A DNA stretch of 64,000 nt from Candidatus Beckwithbacteria bacterium GW2011_GWC1_49_16 (GTDB lineage: Bacteria > Patescibacteriota > Microgenomatia > UBA1400 > CG1-02-47-37): the NCBI GenBank assembly GCA_001029675.1, contig CP011210.1, positions 192,193 to 256,192 on the forward strand, written 5' to 3'. The position numbers and the translations under genes are program-made. A model generated the notes under the pieces. That model saw nothing but the letters and a program-made list of their open reading frames with translations. It was not told the DNA's origin and did no database searches. This document shows, one piece after another, positions 1 to 7,763 of the stretch. Position 1 is the stretch's first letter. Each line of letters opens with the position of its first letter.

Positions 1-390
1 TTTTCTTAAATGTCCGGATTGGTTTTGGGGCAGTAATTTATCAGTTACTTGCTTTTGAATTTTAAGAATCAGGGTTAAATCTAACTTGAGACTACCAGAC
101 GAAAGTTGCCGGTTAAGGTCTTTTAAGGCTTGGTTGTAGTTTAAAACTTCCCGCTCGCTGGCGCGGATAAATTTAGGTTTGTTTTTGAGAATCCTTTTTA
201 CCTCGGTTAGCGGCAAGGGGTTGCCTTCGATGTTGGTTGAGGCGAAGCTGGAGATTTCCCGGGCGTTTTTCTCCAAAGTGGCCAGCACGACATCGGGGAG
301 ACGCTGTCGGTTTAAATCGGCCACGAGTTTGGTGATTTTTTTTATTTGGTTTAAGAGCCGGTTGGTAATGGTGTAGCGGGGTTTAAACAT
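1..390 (-). CDS. Fic/DOC family protein, N-terminal 130 aa; gene continues beyond window start
   Basis: Minus-strand translation from ATG at 388-390 reads MFKPRYTITNRLLNQIKKITKLVADLNRQR...STNIEGNPLPLTEVKRIL..., matching the conserved N-terminal IEGNxL region of Fic proteins. Open to the window edge. Confidence 0.45.
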   Translation of the reverse strand, partial: MFKPRYTITNRLLNQIKKITKLVADLNRQRLPDVVLATLEKNAREISSFASTNIEGNPLPLTEVKRILKNKPKFIRASEREVLNYNQALKDLNRQLSSGSLKLDLTLILKIQKQVTDKLLPQNQSGHLRK

Positions 391-436
391 TAGTCTAATT
401 TTAGACGAAAACTAGACGATTGACAACCTTCAGGGT

Positions 437-1429
437 TTATCCTTGAAGGTGGGGAGTTTCCGGGAGAACGTCGGCCGGGGGTGTGTCCGGGGGGCGGGAG
501 CGGCGGCGCTTGAGAACAATCAGGGTTATTAGGGCAATTAGGGCAATTGCGATAAGGATAATTTCTTTGACCGGGATAATCCAGAAGTAAATCAAGCCCT
601 CGATGGGAACATTAGTGTCGCCGGCAGTGGCGGTCAATTTAGCGGCGTAACGGCCCAAGCGGTACTTGCCGGGGACTTCGAAGTCATAAGTGCGGGAGGC
701 AAAAGGAAAGATGTTTTTTTCCTCGAGTTCAAACTCGGCGACAGTGTTGTTGACCATGTTGGTGACGCTGACACTACCGGTGGGGCGGAGGTGGACGTCG
801 CCCAGGTTTTCGATCTCGGCAAAAAGCTTGATCGGGCCGTAGTAGGCAAATGTTTTCTCGACTGAAAATTCTTTTAAGAGTGCGGCCTCGGTGACGTCGC
901 CGATGACGTTAAGATAAACCAGGGTGCCGGTGCGTTGTTCAATGCCCGAGCCGCCGCCGACAACAGTGTCCCCCCCGCCGCCAATTTGCCCCTCGGTGAT
1001 CGGTTTATAGGTGACCATGGCGTAGTGGCCGCCGGCCAGCGCGTCGGCGGGAATGGCGATTAACAGGTCGACGACGGCGGTTTGGCCGGGGGCGACCAAA
1101 ACTTTGTCGGGTGAGGTGGTCAGCCAGGATTTGAGGCTCCAGCGGCCGGAAACGGCTTCAGAGACGGCGACGGGAGTACCTTGGTTGTTGGTGACGATAA
1201 AGTCAGAAGTTTCGATGCTAAAGGCGAGTTCTTGGTCAGAACCGTTGGAAACCTTTAAAGTTTCCTGGAGGGTGGCGCCGGGCAGGGCTTCGACTTCCAG
1301 CCTGGGAGGAACGGCGGTGATGGTGATTTCGCTTGGGGCAGGCGGGGCGACTTGCCCAAAAACAGATCGTAGATTGTAGGTGGTAGATAGTAGAAGGGAA
1401 AAGAGGAGGAGGGGCAGGAGGCGTTTCAT
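437..1429 (-). CDS. cell-surface protein with signal peptide and C-terminal TM anchor plus basic tail (DUF916/DUF3324-like, CscA-like topology)
   Basis: N-terminal signal peptide MKRLLPLLLFSLLL and a C-terminal hydrophobic segment followed by KRRRSRPP. Paralogous to the 2906..3970 gene. Confidence 0.5.
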   Translation of the reverse strand: MKRLLPLLLFSLLLSTTYNLRSVFGQVAPPAPSEITITAVPPRLEVEALPGATLQETLKVSNGSDQELAFSIETSDFIVTNNQGTPVAVSEAVSGRWSLKSWLTTSPDKVLVAPGQTAVVDLLIAIPADALAGGHYAMVTYKPITEGQIGGGGDTVVGGGSGIEQRTGTLVYLNVIGDVTEAALLKEFSVEKTFAYYGPIKLFAEIENLGDVHLRPTGSVSVTNMVNNTVAEFELEEKNIFPFASRTYDFEVPGKYRLGRYAAKLTATAGDTNVPIEGLIYFWIIPVKEIILIAIALIALITLIVLKRRRSRPPDTPPADVLPETPHLQG

Positions 1430-1432
1430 AAT

Positions 1433-2896
1433 TTAAAACGTCGCGGTGGCGGTATAAGTGACGTTGTTTTCGTAGTCGCCGGCCGACTGTGTAGTATCGA
1501 CCACCAAGCGGTAGCAGACATAAAGGTCCTCGGTGGTGGAGGGAGTAGAGGTGTTGGACATAATCTGTAAGACCGCGTCGCTGTCGTCGGGAGTCTCGCT
1601 GGCCGTGGCCGTTGAGGGCACCATGCGGGCACAGTAATCGGCGCCGCCGGCGCAACTGCCGGTGACAGTATCATATTCAAACGGGACGGTAGTAGCATCG
1701 ATGTTTTCGAGCGAAAAACCAAATCCGGAGACGTCGTTTTCCGTCGACCAATCACCGCTGGTGGTGTCGGTGCAATCTTCGCCGTCGCAGTCGGTGTTTT
1801 CAATTTCGGTCGTGTGGTCGCCGCCGATTGACAGTTGGTCGTCGGAGATAACGGTGACAGCATAGCCGCCGAGAGCGTTGGTGACGGCGGAGAGTTTCTG
1901 GGCGGCGTCGTTAAAGGCGGCTAGGGTTACCGCGCCGAAAGGAACGGTGGTGGCGGTAGTGGTGACGTCGGTGGTGACGCCGCAGCGTGAACCGCTGGCA
2001 GCCTCGCCGGCAACGGTGAAGGTGATCGAGGGGTCGACGGTGGCGGTGACCCGGACCGACTCGATGACGGCGATCTTGATAGTGGTGGAGTCGAGCACCG
2101 GGTAGTCGCTGGTGCGGGAGCCTAAGTGTTGAACGGTGACGGTGTAGGTGTCGGCGGTGCCGGCAGCGTGTCCGGTAGCGGCAACGGGGTTGATCAGGTC
2201 GGTAGCGCCGCCGTCGCCGATGGTGAAGGTTAAGCTGGCATTGACATTGTTAGTGCCGTTGTAGCGGGCCTCAAAGCAGTGGTTGCCGGCGGAGCAAAAA
2301 GTGCCGCCGGAAACGGTGGCGGTGGGTGATTCCCAGGAAGTGACGCCGCCGCCGGTGGGAGCGGTTAAATCGCCGGCGACAATGCTGTTGAAGTCAAAGC
2401 CGTCGTGGTTGGGGATGCCGTCGTTGACGCCGTTGGTGCCTGAGGGAATCAAAATTCTGATGGCGCCGTTGGGGATGGCGGTAGCAGTGGTGAAAGCCAG
2501 GGTGTGGGTGGCCGAGCGGGTGGCAATCACCAGGTCGTCGTCTTCAACATCGCCGGAGGCCAGGCCGGCGGTGATGGTGAATTCGTCGGTGTCGATGATG
2601 TCGTCGACGGTGTAAGTCGAGCCGGTAGAGCCGTCGCCGATCCAGGTAGTGTCACCGGTGAAAAGGTTAGCGGTAGAAGTAGAGGGCATGCCCGAAGTGT
2701 TGACTTTGACGATGGTGGTGCCGACAGTGTGGGCGCCGTTTAACGAGCCGTAGTAGGACAGGCGCGAGGTGGACAGGGTGTCTTTGACCGAGGTTAAGTT
2801 GGCTGAATCAAGCTCGGGGGGGCGGACTAAAAGGGCGCCTTGGATGGAGAGGGCGAGTAGAGTTGAGATTAAGACTTTGGCTAAAAAACGTTTCAC
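1433..2896 (-). CDS. secreted Thr/Gly-rich surface protein (WxL-like architecture, C-terminal AGDYENxVTY motif)
   Basis: 487 aa with a signal peptide and low-complexity T/G/S-rich body. Its C-terminus ...SAGDYENNVTYTATATF parallels the C-terminus of the 3972..4694 protein. Confidence 0.45.
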   Translation of the reverse strand: MKRFLAKVLISTLLALSIQGALLVRPPELDSANLTSVKDTLSTSRLSYYGSLNGAHTVGTTIVKVNTSGMPSTSTANLFTGDTTWIGDGSTGSTYTVDDIIDTDEFTITAGLASGDVEDDDLVIATRSATHTLAFTTATAIPNGAIRILIPSGTNGVNDGIPNHDGFDFNSIVAGDLTAPTGGGVTSWESPTATVSGGTFCSAGNHCFEARYNGTNNVNASLTFTIGDGGATDLINPVAATGHAAGTADTYTVTVQHLGSRTSDYPVLDSTTIKIAVIESVRVTATVDPSITFTVAGEAASGSRCGVTTDVTTTATTVPFGAVTLAAFNDAAQKLSAVTNALGGYAVTVISDDQLSIGGDHTTEIENTDCDGEDCTDTTSGDWSTENDVSGFGFSLENIDATTVPFEYDTVTGSCAGGADYCARMVPSTATASETPDDSDAVLQIMSNTSTPSTTEDLYVCYRLVVDTTQSAGDYENNVTYTATATF

Positions 2897-2905
2897 CAGT
2901 TAATC

Positions 2906-3970
2906 TTATTTCTTTTTAAAGAATTCTGTCAAGGATGATTTCCTCATAAAATTCCTACCAAAAAGGTAGAAGTTAATGATCAAAAACAGCGCCAGCAGGG
3001 CTTTGTAGGGTAGGACTAGAAACTTGATGGTAGCGGAAACGGTGTTGGTGGTATCGGCCGGGGTAATTTGGGCGGTGGCGGAGTAGAGGCCCAAAGGGAA
3101 AAGGGGATTCCAACCAACAACACACCCGGTGTGTAAGTTTCTTTCACACCGGGTGTGTTCGAGTGAAGTAAGCGATCTGGTGGAGCCGGCCAAAATGTTG
3201 TCTTCACGCAGAGGCAAGACGGCGCTTGACTGACCAAACATGTTGGTGACGGTGATTGAACCGACGGCTTTGAGTTTGGTTTGGGAGGTGTTTTTGACCC
3301 GGAGGGTAAAGCCGATGGGGTCGAAAGAATCCAATAAGGAGAGTCCTCGAAGGGAACCTTCAAGGACTCTCCTTGAAGGTCTGAACTCTTCTATTTTGGC
3401 GTTTCTGACCGGTTGGCCGTCGCGGGAAACGGTCAGCAGGATATTGGCGCCGATAGCGGCGCGGGAGAGGCTGCCCGAGCCGCCGATTAGGCCCTCGGTG
3501 TCGGAGTCGAAAAGAAAGGTTAAGGAGTGATCGGCGTCGGCAGCGGTTTCCGGGACGCGGATTTTCAAAACCAGCTCCTGGGTGGCGCCGGCGGCAAGCG
3601 CAAAGCGGGCGGGAAGATCAAGGTCGGCGTTTTGCAGGGAGAAATAGCTCACTGTCGGAGAAACTTCATTGGGGAGGACTTCGACGTGGCCGAGCTCGTC
3701 AGCCGGGCGGAAAGGGACGATCCTGGCGGTAATGTTGGTGTCGTCGCCCATATTTTTCAAGCGGTAAACTTGGGTGATGGCGGTGCCGGGTTTGATGGTG
3801 ACTTCCAAAAGCGGCGGCCAGATGGAAAGAGAGGTGGTTTGCCCGTAAGCGGCTGGCGCTGCGTAAACCGTAAACAGTAAACCGTAAACGGTAATTATCA
3901 GAGGTAAAAATAAATTACCGAATGTCGTTTTTAATGTTCCTCCATTAAGGTCCGACCTTTTTGTAGGCAT
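2906..3970 (-). CDS. cell-surface protein, paralog of 437..1429 (signal peptide plus C-terminal TM anchor)
   Basis: The 2906..4162 ORF is probably initiated at the internal Met (MPTKRSDL...) at 3970, giving signal peptide LPLIITVYGLLFTVYAAPAAYG. LEVTIKPGTAITQVYRLKN resembles LEVEALPGATLQETLKVSN of the paralog. C-terminal TM plus RKSSLTEFFKKK tail. Contains in-frame palindromic element at 3121..3157. Confidence 0.5.
   Translation of the reverse strand: MPTKRSDLNGGTLKTTFGNLFLPLIITVYGLLFTVYAAPAAYGQTTSLSIWPPLLEVTIKPGTAITQVYRLKNMGDDTNITARIVPFRPADELGHVEVLPNEVSPTVSYFSLQNADLDLPARFALAAGATQELVLKIRVPETAADADHSLTFLFDSDTEGLIGGSGSLSRAAIGANILLTVSRDGQPVRNAKIEEFRPSRRVLEGSLRGLSLLDSFDPIGFTLRVKNTSQTKLKAVGSITVTNMFGQSSAVLPLREDNILAGSTRSLTSLEHTRCERNLHTGCVVGWNPLFPLGLYSATAQITPADTTNTVSATIKFLVLPYKALLALFLIINFYLFGRNFMRKSSLTEFFKKK
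3121..3157. repeat. palindromic element variant CACACCCGGTGTG-taagtttcttt-CACACCGGGTGTG, in-frame in surface-protein gene
   Basis: Exact inverted 13-mers. Read on the minus strand as HTRCERNLHTGCV. Confidence 0.9.
3863..3897. repeat. (GTAAACN)x5 heptamer tandem repeat in signal-peptide-coding region
   Basis: gtaaacc gtaaaca gtaaacc gtaaacg gtaatta. Encodes ITVYGLLFTVY. Confidence 0.8.
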
Positions 3971-3971
3971 A

Positions 3972-4694
3972 TTAATAGCCGGGGGTGGCGATAAAAGTGA
4001 CGGCATTTTCGTAGTCGCCGGCGGCTTGGGTGGCGGAAATATTAACTTTGTAAGTGGCGGTGGCGCTGCGGTCTTGGCCGACGTTGGCACTCGACATGAC
4101 AATTTGGGCGGTTTCGGCGGCAGAAGCATCGGCGAACTGCCTGAAGTAAGTAGAGTTGACAAAGTCGGCCGGAATGTCGTTACCGCTCATGTTGAAGCCA
4201 AAGCCGAAGTTGGCGCTATTGGTCCAGACGGCAGCGGTGGTTTCGTCGCAAGCGGTGTCGCAGGTGGTGTCAGGGATGGTGGTAGATGAGGTTTGCAGTT
4301 TCAAGGGGTGGTTGGCAAAGGCAGCGACCGAGTAGCCGCCCGCCCCGCCGGCAGAGACGGTTAGGGTGTTGGTTTGGGTAGAGAAGCTAGACGGGGTCAA
4401 AGCGCCAAAGTCGATGGACAGATCAGAGATGGTAAAGGCAAAAGCGATGATGGTTTTGATATAGGGGAAGCCAGCGCGGACGATGTAGCCGGTCGAATCG
4501 TATTGCCCCGGGGCGGTTTGGCCGACGGTGTCCAAAATATTGTAGTTATTCGAGGATTTACTGCCAGAAGTCATGTTGAGGTTGGTAAACTGGAGCTCAT
4601 AAGAGTCAGAAGACATGTTTTCGGCCCTGGCGGGCGTAAACCGTAATCCGTAAACCGTAATCAGTAAAATCAGACTCAAAAGCAGTTTTTTCAT
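3972..4694 (-). CDS. secreted surface protein (paralog of 1433..2896, C-terminal AGDYENAVTF motif)
   Basis: Signal peptide MKKLLLSLILLITVYGL. C-terminus AAGDYENAVTFIATPGY matches the 487-aa protein. Confidence 0.5.
   Translation of the reverse strand: MKKLLLSLILLITVYGLRFTPARAENMSSDSYELQFTNLNMTSGSKSSNNYNILDTVGQTAPGQYDSTGYIVRAGFPYIKTIIAFAFTISDLSIDFGALTPSSFSTQTNTLTVSAGGAGGYSVAAFANHPLKLQTSSTTIPDTTCDTACDETTAAVWTNSANFGFGFNMSGNDIPADFVNSTYFRQFADASAAETAQIVMSSANVGQDRSATATYKVNISATQAAGDYENAVTFIATPGY
4635..4669. repeat. (CGTAAWC)x4-5 heptamer tandem repeat in signal-peptide-coding region
   Basis: cgtaaac cgtaatc cgtaaac cgtaatc agtaaaa. Encodes ITVYGLRFTP. Confidence 0.8.
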
Positions 4695-5425
4695 TCGTCG
4701 GTCGCTTGGTCGATGGTTTGCTGCAACTTTTTGCCTGATTGGGCCAGCTTCTTGAGGTCTTGGTAGAGTTGGTTTAATTTTTCTCTTTGGTGATAAGGGA
4801 TACGGGATAGGTTAGTCGTAAGTTGAGAAACGATATCCATTGCTTGATCTATTTTGTTATGGAATTCTATAGAAAGCCAGATTAAAGTAGTTGATTCTTC
4901 GTCACTGATGGTTTGATTGAGGATTTTAGCTTGATGTTTGAGGACTTTTATTCTATTTTTTCCTTCTAGCAGTCTTATATATTGAGTGCCAAAGATAAGC
5001 GCCAGAGGAGCCATGAATATGAGAGAAAAGAGGTTGACCAGCTGGGAGTTGGTCAAAGGGGCCGAATTTATCAGAAAGAAGCCTACGAGTGCTAAAGAAG
5101 TGATGAAGCTTACTAAGGGCATGAGGAAGAGGCTCAAGCCGAAGAGGAGAAGGTAAAGTAAGAACAGAAGGGGGGAGTCGAGGCCGCCGGTGGACAAAAC
5201 CAGCAGCAAGGTCAAAATAGTGTAGATAATAGCTTTTGATATGTTTTGATATTTTATGTTAGATTTATGATGGCGCAGGAGCAGGTCGTGAAATAGATAA
5301 AACAGGATCAACAGGGCAGTCAGTTGCAAGGAAAACTTGGACAGTTCAGGATTTTCCCGCCAATAGAAAGAAAAAGCCACGGCGAAGATTAATAAAAGCG
5401 AGTTTAACAGTACGGGCAGGGTCAT
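4691..5425 (-). CDS. hypothetical membrane protein with C-terminal coiled-coil
   Basis: Four or more N-terminal hydrophobic helices followed by a charged helical C-terminus. Confidence 0.4.
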   Translation of the reverse strand: MTLPVLLNSLLLIFAVAFSFYWRENPELSKFSLQLTALLILFYLFHDLLLRHHKSNIKYQNISKAIIYTILTLLLVLSTGGLDSPLLFLLYLLLFGLSLFLMPLVSFITSLALVGFFLINSAPLTNSQLVNLFSLIFMAPLALIFGTQYIRLLEGKNRIKVLKHQAKILNQTISDEESTTLIWLSIEFHNKIDQAMDIVSQLTTNLSRIPYHQREKLNQLYQDLKKLAQSGKKLQQTIDQATDE

Positions 5426-5479
5426 AGAATTATTGTACTAGTAAATGTCGGTCGGCGTCAATTTTGGTATAATAGAGGT

Positions 5480-5776
5480 ATGGCTAACAAACTGCCGCGG
5501 CGCTTTGCCAAGTATTTCTGGGATGTGGATCCTAAAAAGATTGACTTGGTGGTAAATGACGACTACGTGATTAAAAGGATGTTAGATTTGAGTGAAACCA
5601 GTGGCATTAAGTGGTTGCTTAAGCGTTATGGTGTGGCCAAAATCAAGCAGGTGTTGCGTCACTCCCGAGGGATTAAAAGGAAAACGGCCTGGTTTTGGAT
5701 GAACGTTTTGAATTTACCAAAAGAGGAGATAAAGTGTTTAAGAACACCTTATCAGTCGACACCTTTCGGGGTTTAA
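5480..5776 (+). CDS. small protein upstream of the AbiEii-like gene (possible antitoxin/partner)
   Basis: 98-aa ORF overlapping the start of the downstream nucleotidyltransferase gene. No recognisable domain. Confidence 0.3.
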   Translation: MANKLPRRFAKYFWDVDPKKIDLVVNDDYVIKRMLDLSETSGIKWLLKRYGVAKIKQVLRHSRGIKRKTAWFWMNVLNLPKEEIKCLRTPYQSTPFGV

Positions 5777-6372
5777 AGCTGGTAGGCAAAAGCAAGATAT
5801 TGCCTGGTGCCTATTTGGCGGGCGGGACGGCGCTAGCCTTGAGGTTGGGGCACAGACGATCGGTAGATTTGGACTTTTTTACCAGAAAAAAATTTAATGA
5901 ACAGATTGTGGTGCGGCGACTAAAAAAGCTGGGCAAGTTTAAAGAGAAAACGGTTGATTGGCAAACGGTTATGGGTAGTCTATTTGGGGTAAGTTTTAGT
6001 TTATTTTATTTTGAGTATCCGTTAGTGGGGAAGACCGATCAGTTTGAAGGGGTAGCTATCGCTTCGCTTAAAGATATAGCGGCGATGAAGTTGAGGGCTA
6101 TAGGCGATCGGGGGACCAAGAGAGATTTTGTCGACCTGTTTTTTTTGGCCAAGGAAATGCGCTTGGCAGAAGTGTTTCAGCTTTACCATAAGAAGTTTGG
6201 CGGGCTTACGGAGCAAAAGTATCATTTGTGGCGGGCCTTAAACTACTTTGAAGATGCCGATAAGGACGTCTTGCCGAAAATGTTTAGGCCGGTCGAGTGG
6301 AGTCAAGTGAAGCGGTTTTTTAACGGCGAGGTGAAAAAGTTAGCCGCCGAGTTGAAGTTGACGCGGGGGTAG
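5695..6372 (+). CDS. nucleotidyltransferase AbiEii/AbiGii (DUF1814) family toxin-like protein
   Basis: Motif LAGGTALALRLGHRRSVDLDFF is characteristic of AbiEii-type nucleotidyltransferases. The start may be downstream of 5695. Confidence 0.6.
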   Translation: MDERFEFTKRGDKVFKNTLSVDTFRGLKLVGKSKILPGAYLAGGTALALRLGHRRSVDLDFFTRKKFNEQIVVRRLKKLGKFKEKTVDWQTVMGSLFGVSFSLFYFEYPLVGKTDQFEGVAIASLKDIAAMKLRAIGDRGTKRDFVDLFFLAKEMRLAEVFQLYHKKFGGLTEQKYHLWRALNYFEDADKDVLPKMFRPVEWSQVKRFFNGEVKKLAAELKLTRG

Positions 6373-6436
6373 AGATTTTTGATAAGTTGTGGTATAAAGT
6401 AACCTTAGTCTGCCCGAAAGGCGGATTTTTAGTATG
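6371..6436 (+). promoter_or_regulatory. conserved ~65-bp 5' leader (copy A) with tataaa box and CUGCC-CGAAA-GGCGG hairpin plus U-run immediately before ATG
   Basis: Near-identical to 6922..6988: gttgtggtataaa(g/c)taac...agtctgcccgaaaggcggatttttagtATGG. Confidence 0.4.
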
Positions 6437-6892
6437 GCGCCGGAGATTTTTTACCCAGACAATGATAGAGTCAAAGAATTGTCATTTCAACCGAGTCAGA
6501 GTTATTTAGGAATAGATTTAAAAGCTGAAGGAGGGGTTGATACAGAAGCAATTGATGACTTTGGAGTAGAAGTGGGTAAGCATATTGCTGGAACTTTAAC
6601 TCTTAAGTATGTGGTTGTGGAGGATTTAATGTTTGTTTTTTCGGGAAACGTTCAACACCTTGATTTTTGGAATTCAGCCGTAAAATTGACAGATCTAAAA
6701 ATTCAGGCAGCAGGGTTGTTGGTTTTACCTGATGAGTCCAACAGATTTGGTCTAAGAATGTTACGAAATGAGGCTCCAAGTATGGTGGGCAAGAATCTTT
6801 TTTTTGAGAGAGAATCGAAAGCATATACTGAGAAAGTTATCATTCCAGGCCTAGGTGAGGGGTTTTTATTATCAGAGCTTGGCGTTTTATAA
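6434..6892 (+). CDS. hypothetical protein
   Basis: 152-aa ORF directly downstream of conserved leader copy A. Confidence 0.35.
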   Translation: MAPEIFYPDNDRVKELSFQPSQSYLGIDLKAEGGVDTEAIDDFGVEVGKHIAGTLTLKYVVVEDLMFVFSGNVQHLDFWNSAVKLTDLKIQAAGLLVLPDESNRFGLRMLRNEAPSMVGKNLFFERESKAYTEKVIIPGLGEGFLLSELGVL

Positions 6893-6921
6893 AGCTTCTC
6901 AGTTCTTTGGCTTTTTTAAGC

Positions 6922-6988
6922 TAGAGTTTTTGGGCAGGTTGTGGTATAAACTAACTCAAGTCTGCCCGAAAGGCGGATTTTTAGTATG
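6922..6988 (+). promoter_or_regulatory. conserved ~65-bp 5' leader (copy B)
   Basis: Direct repeat of 6371..6436 ending at the ATG of the 6986 gene. Confidence 0.4.
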
Positions 6989-7708
6989 GGATTTGAAACA
7001 CAATCAGGATTACCAGGAAAACCACAATTTGGCTGGGATTCTCCTGCGACTCAAGAGGCGGTGGAGCGAGCCAAAAAAGCCACGATAAGGAAGATAGGTA
7101 AAGGAGAGTTGAAGTTAAGTTTGGGGCAGGGAGGTGGAGAGAGGGTTGTTAGCTATAGTTCAGGAATTAAGGTTGGGTTACCTTTGGAAGATGTAGCCAA
7201 GATTGCCCCGGGTAGGGACGGAAGTTTGTCTGTCGGCCGAATGCATTTAATGAGCCAATGGTTGAGGGCTTTTAACCTTTATGATTTGAGTTTTGATTCT
7301 GATTCAGAGAGTGTAAGAGTTATTAAAAACTTTAGATCTTCAGTGACGCTTGGAGGGTTCAGGCCAGCAGTGGATGTAATGGTGGGCGCTAGCGACTACC
7401 ACCATGGCGGAGTAAAGTTACCCGATGGTTATTGGTTTCTTAATAGCGCCAGAAGGGTTATTGGCGGGTTGATGCTGTTTTATGAGGGTGAGGATTTCGG
7501 CGCAGTGAGGGATAGGGGTTTCTTAGTGGTACAGCAAGGCGAGGATAATAAAACCGTGGCTGCTTTTCCGGACTACATGGGTCGACTTTGGCCGGTGCCG
7601 TTTGCGGAGCAGACAGGGCCTGGCCTGAAGAGGATGTTTGAGGAGGGAGGAGCTTTGGCAGCTTGGAATCCGGTGATAGGGGTTTGCGATCCGGAATTTA
7701 AAACATAA
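6986..7708 (+). CDS. hypothetical protein
   Basis: 240-aa ORF downstream of leader copy B. Confidence 0.4.
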   Translation: MGFETQSGLPGKPQFGWDSPATQEAVERAKKATIRKIGKGELKLSLGQGGGERVVSYSSGIKVGLPLEDVAKIAPGRDGSLSVGRMHLMSQWLRAFNLYDLSFDSDSESVRVIKNFRSSVTLGGFRPAVDVMVGASDYHHGGVKLPDGYWFLNSARRVIGGLMLFYEGEDFGAVRDRGFLVVQQGEDNKTVAAFPDYMGRLWPVPFAEQTGPGLKRMFEEGGALAAWNPVIGVCDPEFKT

Positions 7709-7763
7709 TTGGTGAGGGAGTAGATTTTTTTGTATACTCCCATTATCGGGAGTTTTTTGTTTT

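Noticed and set aside
179-376. 65-aa plus-strand ORF at window start
   Set aside because: The minus strand across the same region encodes a convincing Fic-family N-terminus (IEGNPLPL motif), so the plus-strand ORF is more likely antisense noise.
1236-2743. Several 75-145-aa ORFs on either strand inside 1433..2896, e.g. 1426..1863 and 2504..2743
   Set aside because: They are nested within the long secreted-protein gene. Their Pro/Arg- or Gly-rich translations are typical of off-frame reading of GC-rich repetitive DNA.
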